Positions 1 to 10,728 of a stretch of 35,776 bases of DNA are shown here, in pieces. The notes below the pieces were generated by a model. That model did not search any database and had not been told where the DNA came from. It worked only from the letters and a program-made list of their open reading frames with translations. This stretch comes from Malacoraja senta (lineage: Eukaryota). Position 1 is the first letter of the stretch. Each line of letters begins with the position of its first letter. The stretch covers positions 1 to 35,776 of the forward strand of contig JAXLNO010000549.1 of assembly GCA_038087875.1 (NCBI GenBank), written 5' to 3'. The position numbers and the translations under genes were made by a program.

Positions 1-192
1 GCCAAAGTTCATAGCCGTTGATTAGATGTGAGGCCTGCACGACACAAAGCCAGGGCAATTATGGATTCATAAACATAAATACGCTCATTTTAAATGTTGG
101 CTTTTTTTCCCTGTTAATGTTCCTGCCAATCCCTCTCTCTACCCCCCCCCCACCCCCCAAACCCTTTGTAAGCTGTCAAATCCTGTTGGGAA

Positions 193-345
193 AGACACCA
201 AGTGCTGGAGTAGCTCAGCGGTTCAGGCAGCAATCCCCGGAGAACATGGATAGGCGATGTTTCGGGTCGGGACCCTTCTTCAGACTCGACCTGAAACGTC
301 ACCTATTAACCTTCTCCAGAGATGTTACCTGGCCCGTTTAGTTAT
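193..345. mobile_element. Penelope-like short repeat, two inverted (head-to-head) arms with degenerate hammerhead-like core
   Basis: TGCTGGAGTAGCTCAGCGG..GATGTTTCGGGTCGGGACCCTTCTTCAGACT followed by the inverted arm CGACCTGAAACGTCACCTATT..CTCCAGAGATG; same family recurs many times in the window. Confidence 0.55.
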
Positions 346-377
346 AGAGTCACAGGGTTAAATACAGCATGGACTCA

Positions 378-676
378 AACTCTTTGAATCACTTCCCTCT
401 GGAAGGCGACTCCGGACTGTCAAAGCTGCCACAGCCAGACATAAAAACAGCTTTTTATCCACGAGTAGTTGCTCTACTCAATAACCAAAAATCTGTAGCC
501 TCCCTTTGATCTGGTATTTTATTTAATTCACATGTTTAATCAATAATGTTTTATTATTAATGTTTAATGTTTTATGTGTCATTCCTAACTGTCACTGAAG
601 GTCATGCGGGCGGAGCACCAAGGCAAATTCCTTGTATGTGAATACTTGGACAATAAACCTATTCATTCATTCATTC
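378..676 (+). mobile_element. Rex1/Babar-clade LINE 3' fragment
   Basis: Translates LFESLPSGRRLRTVKAATARHKNS (the typical LPSGRR..SF C-terminus), then AT-rich 3'UTR, AATAAA and (ATTC)n tail. Confidence 0.7.
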
Positions 677-679
677 GTA

Positions 680-1255
680 ACAGGCCCTTCGGCCCAACTT
701 GCCCACACCGACCAACATGCCCCATCTACCCTAGTCCAGCCTGCCTGCGTTTGGCCCATATCCCTCTAAACCTGTCCTATCCATGTACCTGTCTAACTGT
801 TTCTTAAACATTGCAATAGTCCCTGCCTCAGCTACCTCCTCCGGCAGCTCGTTCCACACACCCACCAACCTTTGTGTGAAAAGTTACCCCTCAGATTCCC
901 CATTAAATCTTTCCCCCCTCACCTTAAACCTAAGTCCTCTGGTCCTCGATTCCCCTACTCTGGGCAAGAAACTCTGTGCGTCTACCTGATCTATTAGAAA
1001 CATAGAAACATAAAAAATAGGTGCAGGAGGAGGCCATTCGGCCCTTCGAGCTCAGCACCGCCATTCATTGTGATCATGGCTGATCGTCCCGTATCAATAA
1101 CCCGTTCCTGCCTTCTCCACATATCCCTTGACTCCACTAAACCCTAAAGCTCTATCTAACTCTTAAATCCATCAAATTCTCTCATGTTTCGTCTCATGAT
1201 TTTGTACACCTCTATAAGATCACCCCTCATCCTCTTACGCTACAAGGAATAGAGT
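680..1255 (-). mobile_element. Older CR1 (HER1-like) 3' fragment interrupted by a younger CR1 3' end (~995-1175)
   Basis: Antisense of FKKQLDRYMDRTGLEGYGPNAG-type end; inserted AGAAACATAG tail plus GCCATTCGGCCCTTCGAG stem-loop segment. Confidence 0.75.
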
Positions 1256-1528
1256 CTCTAGTTGCTGCCTGACCCACTGAGTTACTCCAGCACTTTGTGA
1301 CTTTCCTTGGTAAACCAGCATCTGCAGTTCCTTATTTCTAAATCCTGTTGGGGTCCGGTTCCAAGGACACTTGTACAAGTCCCCTCCAATCTAACCCCCC
1401 TCCTTGGAGTGTAGAGATGTATATAGATACATAGATACATAGATACATAGAAATTAGGTGCAGGAGTAGGCCATTCGGCCCTTCGAGCCTGCACCGCCAT
1501 TCAATACGATCATGGCTGATCATCCAAC

Positions 1529-4500
1529 TCAGTATCCCGTACCTGCCTTCTCTCCATACCCCCTGATCCCTTTAGCCACAAGGGCCACATCTAATTCCCT
1601 CTTAAATATAGCCAATGAACTGGCCTCAACTACCCTCTGTGGCAGAGAGTTCCAGAGATTCACCACTCTCTGTGTGAAAAAGTTTTTCCTCATCTCGGTC
1701 TTAAAGGATTTCCCCCTTATCCTTAAGCTGTGACCCCTTGTCCTGGACTTCCCCAACATCGGGAACAATCTTCCTGCATCTAGCCTGTCCATCCCCATAA
1801 GAATCTTGTACGTTTCTATAAGATCCCCTCTCAATCTCCTAAATTCTAGCGAGTATAAGCCAAGTCTATCCAGTCTTTCTTCATATGAAAGTCCTGACAT
1901 CCCAGGAATCAGTCTGGTGAACCTTCTCTGCACTCCCTCTATGGCTATAATGTCCTTCCTCAGATTTGGAGACCAAAACTGTACGCAATACTCCAGGTGT
2001 GGTCTCACCAAGACCCTGTACAACTGCAGTAGAACCTCGCTGCTCCTATACTCAAATCCTCTTGCTATGAAGGCCAACATACCATTCGCTTTCTTCACTG
2101 CCTGCTGCACCTGCATGCCTACTTTCAATGACTGGTGTACCATGACACCCAGGTCTCGCTGCATCTCCCCATTTCCTAATCGGCCACCATTTAGATAATA
2201 GTCTGCCTTCCCGTTTTTGCTACCAAAGTGGATAACCTCACATTTATCCACATTATACTGCATCTGCCAAACATTTGCCCACTCACCCAGCCTATCCAAG
2301 TCACCTTGCAGTCTCCTAGCATCCTCCTCACAGCTAACACTGCCCCCCAGCTTAGTGTCATCCGCAAACTTGGAGATGTTGCTTTCAATTCCCTCGTCCA
2401 GATCATTAATATAAATTGTAAATAGCTGGGGTCCCAGCACTGAGCCTTGCGGTACCCCACTAGTCACTGCCTGCCATTGTGAAAAGGACCCGTTTACTCC
2501 TACTCTTTGCTTCCTGTTTGCCAGCCAGTTCTCTATCCACATCAATACTGAACCCCCAATACCGTGTGATTTAAGTTTGTATCCTAATCTCTTATGTGGT
2601 ACCTTGTCGAAAGCCTTCTGAAAGTCCAGATACAACACATCCACTGGTTCTCCCCTATCCACTCTACTAGTTACATCCTCGAAAAATTCTATAAGATTCG
2701 TCAGACACGATTTACCTTTCGTAAATCCATGCTGACTTTGTCCAATGATTTCACCACTTTCCAAATGTGCTGCTATCCCATCTTTAATAACTGACTCTAG
2801 CAGTTTCCCCACTACCGATGTTAGACTAACTGGTCTGTAATTCCCCGTTTTCTCTCTCCCTCCCTTCTTAAAAAGTGGGGTTACGTTTGCTACCCTCCAA
2901 TCCTCAGGAACTACTCCAGAATCTAAAGAGTTTTGAAAAATTATCACTAATGCATCCACTATTTCTGGAGCTACTTCCTTAAGTACTCTGGGATGCAGCC
3001 TATCTGGCCCTGGTGATTTATCGGCCTTTAATCCATTCAATTTACCCAACACCACTTCCCGACTAACCTGGATTTCACTCAGTTCCTCCATCTCCTTTGA
3101 CCCGCGGCCCCCTGCTATTTCCGGCAGATTATTTATGTCTTCCTTAGTGAAGACGGAACCAAAGTAGTTATTCAATTGGTCTGCCATATCCTTGTTCCCC
3201 ATGATCAATTCACCTGTTTCTGACTGCAAGGGACCTACATTTGATTTAACTAATCTCTTTCTCTTCACATATCTATAAAAACTTTTGCAGTCAGTTTTTA
3301 TGTTCCCTGCCAGTTTCCTTTCATAATCTATTTTCCCTTTCCTAATTAAGCCCTTTGTCCTCCTCTGCTGGTCTCTGAATTTCTCCCAGTCCTCTGGTAT
3401 GCTGCTTTTTCTGGCTAATTTGTACGCATCATCTTTTGCTTTGATACTATCCCTGATTTCCCTTGTTATCCACGGATGCACTACCTTCCTTGATTTATTC
3501 TTTTGCCAAACTGGGATGAACAATTTTTGTAGTTCATCCATGCAGTCTTTAAATGCCTTCCATTGCATATCCACCGTCAACCCTTTTAGAACTAATTGCC
3601 AGTCAATCTTGGCCAATTCACGTCTCATACCCTCAAAGTTACCTTTCTTTAAGTTCAGAACCGTTGTTTCTGAATTAACAATGTCACTCTCCATCCTAAT
3701 GAAGAACTCAACCATATTATGATCACTCTTGCCCAAGGGGGCACGCACAACAAGTCTGCTAACTAACCCTTCCTCATTACTCAATACCCAGTCTAGAATA
3801 GCCTGCTCTCTCGTTGGTTCCTCTACATGTTGGTTTAGATAACTATCCCTCATACATTCCAAGAAATCCTCTTCCTCAGCACCCCTGCCAATTTGATTCA
3901 CCCAATCTATATGTAGATTGAAGTCACCCATTATAACTGTTTTGCCTTTGTTGCACGCATTTCTAATTTCCTGTTTGATGCCATCCCCAACTTCACTACT
4001 ACTGCTAGGTGGCCTGTACACAACGCCCACCAGCGTTTTCTGCCCCTTAGTGTTTCGCAGCTCTACCCATACCGATTCCACATCCTCCAAGCTAATGTCC
4101 TTCCTTTCCACTGCGTTAATCTCCTCTCTAACCAGCAACGCCACCCCACCTCCTTTTCCTTTCTCTCTATCCCTCCTGAATATTGAATATCCCTGGATGT
4201 TCAGCTCCCAGCCTTGGTCACCTTGGAGCCATGTCTCCGTGATCCCAACTATATCATAATCATTAATTGCTATCTGCACGTTCAACTCATCCACCTTATT
4301 ACGAATGCTCCTTGCATTGAGACACAAAGCCTTCAGGCTTGTTTTTACAACGCTCTTACCCCTTATACAATTATGTTGAAAAGTGGCTCTTTTTGATTTT
4401 TGCCCTGGATTTGTCTGCCTGCCACTTTTACCTTTCACCTTGCTACCTATTGCTTCCGCCCGCATTTTACACCCCTCTGTTTCTCTGCTCACCCATTTAA

Positions 4501-4654
4501 GAACCCCACCACCTCTTATTCTCTGTTTATTATTGTTTTCTTCTTTCCCCCCTACATGTTGGGTCTGAGTGCTTTCCTTCTCTGCCTCCTGCCTCACACA
4601 CTGTCTAATAGCATTCTCTATTTGAGTCCCTCCCCCCAACCATTCTAGTTTAAA
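1529..4654 (-). CDS. CR1 ORF2: APE endonuclease + reverse transcriptase (no stops or frameshifts)
   Basis: APE motifs LNARSIRNK, GITETW, GGGVAL, VYRPP, MGDFN, SDHN; RT motifs YRPVSLTS, QHGF, LDFQKAFD, GVPQGSVLGP, FADD; CR1 C-terminus [21 protein letters not shown]. The ORF-track start at 4828 is a GTG; the first ATG in frame is at 4465; the frame overlaps the ORF1 end. Confidence 0.92.
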   Translation of the reverse strand, partial: FKLEWLGGGTQIENAIRQCVRQEAEKESTQTQHVGGKEENNNKQRIRGGGVLKWVSRETEGCKMRAEAIGSKVKGKSGRQTNPGQKSKRATFQHNCIRGKSVVKTSLKALCLNARSIRNKVDELNVQIAINDYDIVGITETWLQGDQGWELNIQGYSIFRRDREKGKGGGVALLVREEINAVERKDISLEDVESVWVELRNTKGQKTLVGVVYRPPSSSSEVGDGIKQEIRNACNKGKTVIMGDFNLHIDWVNQIGRGAEEEDFLECMRDSYLNQHVEEPTREQAILDWVLSNEEGLVSRLVVRAPLGKSDHNMVEFFIRMESDIVNSETTVLNLKKGNFEGMRRELAKIDWQLVLKGLTVDMQWKAFKDCMDELQKLFIPVWQKNKSRKVVHPWITREIRDSIKAKDDAYKLARKSSIPEDWEKFRDQQRRTKGLIRKGKIDYERKLAGNIKTDCKSFYRYVKRKRLVKSNVGPLQSETGELIMGNKDMADQLNNYFGSVFTKEDINNLPEIAGGRGSKEMEELSEIQVSREVVLGKLNGLKADKSPGPDRLHPRVLKEVAPEIVDALVIIFQNSLDSGVVPEDWRVANVTPLFKKGGREKTGNYRPVSLTSVVGKLLESVIKDGIAAHLESGEIIGQSQHGFTKGKSCLTNLIEFFEDVTSRVDRGEPVDVLYLDFQKAFDKVPHKRLGYKLKSHGIGGSVLMWIENWLANRKQRVGVNGSFSQWQAVTSGVPQGSVLGPQLFTIYINDLDEGIESNISKFADDTKLGGSVSCEEDARRLQGDLDRLGEWANVWQMQYNVDKCEVIHFGSKNGKADYYLNGGRLGNGEMQRDLGVMVHQSLKVGMQVQQAVKKANGMLAFIARGFEYRSSEVLLQLYRVLVRPHLEYCVQFWSPNLRKDIIAIEGVQRRFTRLIPGMSGLSYEERLDRLGLYSLEFRRLRGDLIETYKILMGMDRLDAGRLFPMLGKSRTRGHSLRIRGKSFKTEMRKNFFTQRVVNLWNSLPQRVVEASSLAIFKRELDVALVAKGIRGYGEKAGTGY

Positions 4655-4902
4655 GTCTCCCCAGTAGCCTTTGCAGATCTCCCCGCCAGGATATCGGTCC
4701 CCCTCAGGTTCAAGTGCATCCCATCCTTTTTGTACAGGTCGAACCGTCCACAAAAGAAGTCCCAATGATCCAGAAATTTGAATCCCTGCCTTCTGCACCA
4801 GTCCTTCAGCCACGCATTTATCCTCCACCTCGCTCCATTCCTACTCTCACTGTCGCGTGGTACAGGCAGTAATCCCGAGATTGTTACCTTTGCTGTCCTT
4901 CT
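4645..4902 (-). CDS. CR1 ORF1 C-terminal fragment, SGNH/GDSL esterase-like domain (5'-truncated)
   Basis: Manual translation RRTAKVTISGLLPVPRDSESRNGARWRINAWLKDWCRRQGFKFLDHWDFFCGRFDLYKKDGMHLNLRGTDILAGRSAKATGETLN*; contains the DGxH esterase motif typical of CR1 ORF1. Confidence 0.85.
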   Translation of the reverse strand, partial: RRTAKVTISGLLPVPRDSESRNGARWRINAWLKDWCRRQGFKFLDHWDFFCGRFDLYKKDGMHLNLRGTDILAGRSAKATGETLN

Positions 4903-5006
4903 CCTATAATATCATGAGGGGAATAGATAGGGTGCATGCCCAGAGTAGGGGAACCGAGGGCCAGAGGACATAGGATTAAGGTGAAGGGGAAAAGATTTCA
5001 TAGGAA

Positions 5007-5586
5007 TCTGCAGTTGTACAGAGCCCGAGTGAGACCACACCTGGAGTATTGTGTACAGTTTTGGTCCCCTAATTTGAGGAAGGACATTCTTGCTATTGAG
5101 GGAGTGCAGCGTAGGTTTACAAGGTTAATTCCCGGGATGGCGGGACTGTCATATGCTGAGAGAATGGAGCGGCTGGGCTTGTACACTCTGGAGTTTAGAA
5201 GGATGAGAGGACATCTTATTGAAACATATAAGATTGTTAAGGGTTTGGACACGCTAGAGGCAGGAAACATGTTCCCGATGTTGGGGGAGTCCAGAACCAG
5301 GGGCCACAGTTTAAGAATAAGGAGTAAGCCATTTAGAACGGAGATGAGGAAACACTTTTTCTCACAGAGAGTGGTGAGTCTGTGGAATTCTCTGCCTCAG
5401 AGGGCGGTGGAGGCAAGTTCTCTGGATACTTTCACGAGAGAGCTAGATAGGGCTCTTAAAGATAGCGGAGTCTGGGGATATGGGGAGAAGGCAGGAACGG
5501 GGTACTGATTGGGAATGATCAGCCATGATCACATTGAATGGCGGTGCTGGCTCGAAGTCTATGCGTCTATTGTCTATTGTCTATTG
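5007..5586 (+). mobile_element. 5'-truncated CR1, subfamily with (GTCTATT)n tail
   Basis: [39 protein letters not shown], then 3'UTR and GTCTATT repeats. Confidence 0.88.
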
Positions 5587-5670
5587 AATCTAAGAGGTAA
5601 CTTAGATCGGGTAGATGCACAGTCTCTTGCTCAGAGTAAGGGAATCGGGAACCAGACGACAAAGGTTTAA

Positions 5671-6298
5671 CATAGAAACATAAACATAGAAAATAGGTGC
5701 AGGAGTAGGCCATTCGGCCCTTCGAGCCTGCACCACCATTCAATATGATCATGGCTGATCATCCAACTCAGTATCCTGTACCTGCCTTCTCTCCATACCC
5801 CCTGATCCCTTTAGCCACAAGGGCCACATCTAACTCCCTCTTAAATATAGCCAATGAACTGGCCTCGACTACCCTCTGTGGCAGAGGGTTCCAGAGATTC
5901 ACCACTCTCTGTGTGAAAAATGTTTTTCTCATCTCGGTCCTAAAGGATTTCCCCTTAATCCTTAAACTGTGACCCCTTGTCCTGGACTTCCCCAAATTCG
6001 GGAACAATCTTCCTGCATCTAGCCTGTCCAATCCTTTAAGAATTTTGTAAGTTTCTATAAGATCCCCCCTCAATCTTCTAAATTCTAGCGAGTACAAGCC
6101 GAGTCTATCCAGTCTTTCTTCATATGAAAGTCCTGACATCCCAGGAATCAATCTGGTGAACCTTCTCTGTACTCCCTCTATGGCAAGAATGTCCTTGCTC
6201 AGATTTGGAGACCAAAACTGTACGCAATACTCCAGGTGTGGTCTCACCAAGACCCTGTACAACTGCATTAGAACCTCCCTGCTCCCATACTCAAATCC
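5671..6298 (-). mobile_element. 5'-truncated CR1 (same subfamily as the long copy) inserted in an older CR1
   Basis: ORF 5768-6268 nearly identical to the ORF2 C-terminus; TTAA on both sides (5667-5670, 6299-6302); host reads AGGTTTAA|GGTGAAGGGG. Confidence 0.88.
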
Positions 6299-6565
6299 TT
6301 AAGGTGAAGGGGAAAAGATTTAACAGGAATCAGAGGGGTAACCTTATCACACAAAGGGTGGTGGGTGTATGGAAGGAGCTGCCGGAGGAGATAGTTGAGG
6401 CTGGGACTATCCCAATGTTTAAGAGACAGTTAGACAGGTAGATGGAAAGGACAGGTTTAGAGGGATGTGGGCCAAACGCAGGCAGGCGGGACTGGTGTAG
6501 CTGGGACATGTTGGCCGGTGTGGGCAAGTTGGGCCGAAGGGCCTGTTTCCACGCTGTATCACTCT
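6299..6565 (+). mobile_element. Older CR1/HER1-like 3' end (continues 5590-5670)
   Basis: KVKGKRFNRNQRGNLITQRVVGVWKELPEE..; ends GGGCCGAAGGGCCTGTTTCCACGCTGTATC. Confidence 0.75.
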
Positions 6566-6911
6566 GGGGCTCTGCTTGCTTCTACTGTTTCGTTCGTTTG
6601 ACTGCTCTTCAGAACAAGTCGTGCCGTGCTCTGGCCACTTTGGATGCAGAGGTCACCAGTTCAAAAACTACCCGCTGTAACTTGTGAATTTGAATGTAAT
6701 CGCCAGTGAGACAAGAAGTTGATCCTGAGTGCTGGCAGATTGTCATTCACAATCTAAATGGTTTGCACATGTCAAAGGGATGAAGGCAAGTTGCCACCTC
6801 TGTGTGGTCTGGAGTAGATACACATTCTAATTCACACAATGTGCTGCGCAGAGAAGTCCAATATTCATCAGTTCATAAGTGCTAGGAGCAGAATTCGGCC
6901 ATTCGGCCCAT

Positions 6912-7368
6912 CATAGAAACATATAAACATAGAAAATAGGTGCAGCAGGAGGAGGCCATTCGGCCCTTCGAGCCAGCACCGCCATTCATTGTGATCATGG
7001 CTGATCGGCCCCTATCAATAACCCGTGCCTGCCTTCTCCCCATATCCCTTGACTCCACTAGCCCCTAGAGCTCTATCTAACTCTCTCTTAAATCCATCCA
7101 GTGACTTGGCCTCCACTGCCCTCTGTGGCAGGGAATTCCATAAATTCACAACTCTCTGGGTGAAAATGTTTTTTCTCACCTCAGTCTTAAATGACCTCCC
7201 CTTTATTCTAAGACTGTGGCCCCTGGTTCTGGACTCGCCCAACATTGGGAACATTTTTCCTGCATCTAACTTGTCCAGTCCTTTTATAATTTTATATGTT
7301 TCTATAAGATCCCCCTCATCCTTCTAAACTCCAATGAATACAAGCCTAGTCTTTTCAATCTTTCCTCA
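6912..7368 (-). mobile_element. 5'-truncated CR1, DRALGASGVKGY subfamily
   Basis: ORF 7015-7254; (TTCTATGT)-type tail; inserted into another CR1 3' end (6875-6911 / 7377-7568). Confidence 0.85.
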
Positions 7369-7571
7369 GGAAAGATCAGGTCTACTCCGCCATTCAACCA
7401 TGGCTGATCTATCTCTCCCCCTCCTAACCCCATTCTCCTGCCTTCTCCCCATCACCCCTGACATCCGTACTAATCAGGAATCTATCTATCTCTGCCTTAA
7501 AAATACCCAATGACTTGGCCTCCACAGCCTCCTTCTGTGGCAAAGAATTCCGCAGATTCACCACCCTCTCT

Positions 7572-7790
7572 AGTTGTGGTGGGATGATTCAGTTGCCTGA
7601 TCGCAGCTGGAACTGGAGGTATGCTGTTTTCACACTTCTCTACCTCTTGCCCGATGGGAGAGGGGAGAAGAGGGAGTGGCCGGGGTGAGACTGGTCCTTG
7701 ATGATGCTGCTGGCCTTGCCGAGGCAGCGTGAGGTGTAGATGGAGTCAGTGGAAGGGAGGTCGGTTTGTGTGATGGTCCGGGCTGCGTCA
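7572..7790 (-). mobile_element. Rex1/Babar LINE fragment
   Basis: DLPSTDSIYTSRCLGKASSIIKDQSHPGHSLFSPLPSGKR. Confidence 0.7.
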
Positions 7791-7962
7791 CCCCTCTCCA
7801 CTCTCAGTCCTGATGCAGGCTCCCCATGCAGGACGAAATGTCGTCCATCCCTCTGCCTCCACGGATGCTGCCCGACCCGCCGAGTCCCTCCTGCCGTTTG
7901 TTCTTGTTGCAGATCCCAGCCCCAGCAGAGGCTGCGTCTCCTTCTCTCCCAATGTGGAGTCA

Positions 7963-8262
7963 CACGGTGGTGCAGCGGTAGAGTTGCTGCCTCACAGCGC
8001 CAGAGACCCGGGTTCCAGCCTGACTACGGGTGCTGCCTGTACGGAGTTTGTACGTCCTCCCCGTGACCTGCGTGCGTTTACTCCGGGTGCTCCGGTTTCC
8101 TCCCACGCTCCAAAGCCGTACAGGTTTGTAGGTTAATTGGCTTCGGTAAAGATTGTAAATTGTCCCTCGTGTGTGTGTGTAGGATAGTGCTAGTGTACGG
8201 GGTGATCGCTGGTCGGCACGGACTGGGTGGGACAAAGGGCCCTGCATCTCTAAACTAAACTA
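7963..8262 (+). mobile_element. tRNA-derived SINE (HE1 / V-SINE type), near full length
   Basis: A-box TGGTGCAGCGG, degenerate B-box GGTTCCAGCC, V-domain CTCCGGTTTCCTCCCAC..GTTAATTGG, (CTAAA)n tail. Confidence 0.82.
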
Positions 8263-8387
8263 GACATTTGCTCTGCTTGCCATGCTGGTGCTGGAGATAT
8301 AGAGGTCTCTCCACGATAAATTCTAGACACAAGGAACTTCAAAACACAAATGTGATGCTGTCTCTCTCATTTCCTTCTCCCCTTACT

Positions 8388-8446
8388 CTCAGTCTGAAGA
8401 AGGGTCTCGACCCGAAAGGTCACCCATTCCTTTCCTCCACAGATGC
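8388..8446 (+). ncRNA. Penelope-like repeat with minimal hammerhead-like core (one substitution, GAAAGGTC)
   Basis: AGT CTGAAGA A GGGTC TC GACCC GAAA GGTC ACCC. Confidence 0.4.
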
Positions 8447-9072
8447 AATAGACAATAGGTGCAGGAGTAGGCCATTCGGCCCTTCGAGCCAGCACCGCCA
8501 TTCAATGTGATCATGGCTGATCATCCCCAATCAGTACCCCGTTCCTGCCTTCTTCCCATATCCCCTGACTCCGCTATTTTTAAGAGCCCTATCTAGCTCT
8601 CTCTTGAAAGCATCCAGAGAACCTGCCTCCACCGCCCTCTGAGGCAGAGAATTCCACAGACTCACCACTCTCTGTGAGAAAAAGTGTTTACTCGTCTCCG
8701 TTCTAAATGGCTTACTCCTTATTCTTAAACTGTGGCCCCTGGTTCTGGACTCCCCCAACATCGGGAACATGTTTCCTGCCTCTAGCGTGTCCAAACCCTT
8801 AACAATCTTATATGTTTCAATGAGATATCCTCTCATCCTTCCAAACTCCAGAGTGTACAAGCCCAGCTGCTCCATTCTCTCAGCATATGACAGTCCCGCC
8901 ATCCCGGGAATTAACCTTGTAAACCTACGCTGCACTCCCTCAATAGCAGGAATGTCCTTCCTCAAATTAGGGGACCAAAACTGCTCACAATACTCCAGGT
9001 GTGGTCTCACTAGGGCCCTGTACAACTGCAGAAGGAGCTCTTTGCTCCTATCTTTGATTCCTCTTGTTATAA
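8447..9072 (-). mobile_element. 5'-truncated CR1, GTCTATT-tail subfamily
   Basis: [40 protein letters not shown]. Confidence 0.88.
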
Positions 9073-9128
9073 ATGCTGCCTGTCCTGCGTGAGTGTTCCT
9101 CCAGCACTGTGTTTTATGCCACATAACT

Positions 9129-9441
9129 TTTAGTTTTGAGACACAGCGGGGAAACGGGCCCTTCAGCCCATCGAGTGCGTGCCGACCAGCGATCCCCGCA
9201 CACTGACACTATCCTACACACACACACTAGGGACGATTCACTTTTTTTTTTTGACCAATGCCAACTCAACCTACAAATCTGTGCGTCTTTTGGAGTGTGG
9301 GAGGAAACCGGAGCACCCGGGGAAAACCCACGCAGGTCACGGGGAGGACGTACAAACTCCGTACGGACGGCACCCGTAGTCAGGATGGAACCCGGGTCTC
9401 TGGCGCTGTGAGGCAGCAACTCTACCGCTGCCCCACCGTGC
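9129..9441 (-). mobile_element. HE1/V-SINE
   Basis: Reverse complement of the 7963-8262 family. Confidence 0.82.
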
Positions 9442-9519
9442 TGTCTGAAAACATGATGCAAGTGCCCACTGCCTTTTCATCATGGACCTGCCCAAGTGAA
9501 ATGTTTGCTATTTCTCTCA

Positions 9520-10050
9520 TAAGTTCACACGTGATAGGAGCAGACTTAGGCCATTCGGCCCATCAAGTCTACTCCGCCATTCAATCATGGCTGATCTATC
9601 TCTCCCTCTCAACCCCATTCTCCCCATAACCCCTGACACCGGTACTAATCAAGAAGTGATCAACCTCCACCTTAAAAATATCCATTGACTTGGCCTCCAC
9701 AGCCGTCTGTGGCAATGAATTCCACAGATTCACCACCCTCTGACTAAAGAAATTCCTCCTCATCTCCTTCCTAAAATAATTCCCTTTAATTCTGAGGCTG
9801 TGCCCTCTGGTCCTAGACTCTCCCACCAGTGGAAACATCCTCTCCACATCCACTCTATCCAGGCCTTTCACTATTCTGTAAGCTTCAATGTGGCCCCCCC
9901 CCCCCCTAAACTCCAGCGAGTATAGGCCCAGTACCGTCAAACGCTCATCATAGGTTAACCCACTCATTCCTGGGATCATTCTCGTAAACCTCCTCTGGAC
10001 CCTCTCCAGAGCCAGCACATCCTTCCTCAGATGTGGGGCCCACAACTGCT
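9520..10050 (-). mobile_element. Older CR1 subfamily (FLISTGVRGYGE end)
   Basis: [36 protein letters not shown]. Confidence 0.82.
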
Positions 10051-10404
10051 CACAGAGAACAGCAGAGGGCATTGCAGTGCAGGGAAGAACTGCAGATGCT
10101 GGATTAAACCGAAGGTGGACATTAAATGGTGGAGTAACTCAGCGGGACAGGCAGCGTGTCTGGAGAGAGGTGAATGGGTGACGTTTCGGGTCGAGACTGA
10201 AGAAAGGAACATGTTTCCTGCCTCCATTCAGCGTGATACTGATTTACCACGATACTGAGTTACAGGAACGTCATTTCAGTTCAGTTTTCTTTTTTAGTAA
10301 AGGTGTGGTATGGTATGGTACTTTCTGGAAACATAGAAAATAGGTGCAGGAGGAGGCCATTCGGCCCTTCGAGCCAGCACCGCCATTCATTGCGATCAAC
10401 AATA

Positions 10405-10607
10405 GGTCATTGGTGACCCTCGGGCTATCCTTGATCTGACTTTGCTGGCTTTACCTTGCACTAAACGTTATTCCCTTATCATGTATCTGTACACTAAATG
10501 GCTTGATTGTAATCATGTATTGTCTTTCCGCTGACTGGATAGCTCGCAACAAAAGCTTTTCACTGTACCTCGGTACACGTGACAAGAAACTCAACTGAGT
10601 TGAACTG
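10405..10607 (+). mobile_element. Rex1-type LINE 3'UTR repeat
   Basis: GGCTTTACCTTGCACTAAAC..AAAAGCTTTTTCACTGTACCTCGGTACACGTGACAA; the same sequence follows Rex1 ORF fragments elsewhere (31340-31680) and occurs at 35040-35248. Confidence 0.55.
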
Positions 10608-10728
10608 AACCCATCGTCAGGATCGAACCTGTGTCTCTGGCGCTGGGAGGCGGCAACTCTACCGCTGCGCCACCGTGCCAGGTAAACCGCGTGTGTCCTC
10701 TCAGTCTATCGTATCTAGATTCTTGATT

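Larger units (their letters stand above)
1424..4904 (-). mobile_element. CR1-clade non-LTR retrotransposon (LINE), 5'-truncated within ORF1, young copy
   Basis: ORF1 C-terminus, complete ORF2, 3'UTR with GGGCCGAATGGCC hairpin and (TCTATGTA)n tail; flanked by TATA at 1420-1423 and 4905-4908, splitting an older CR1 fragment (..AGAGATGTATA|ATATCATGAGGGG..). Confidence 0.93.

Noticed and set aside
1806..4648. Plus-strand ORFs overlapping the long CR1
   Set aside because: Antisense shadows of ORF2, repeated in every CR1 copy
4655..4828. ORF-track N-terminus MEDKCVAEG.. of the 1099-aa ORF
   Set aside because: Starts at a GTG and is the alternative frame of ORF1 coding sequence, not a credible ORF2 start
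7963..8035. tRNA gene
   Set aside because: A/B-box head continues into the V-SINE body; it is a SINE, with no complete cloverleaf
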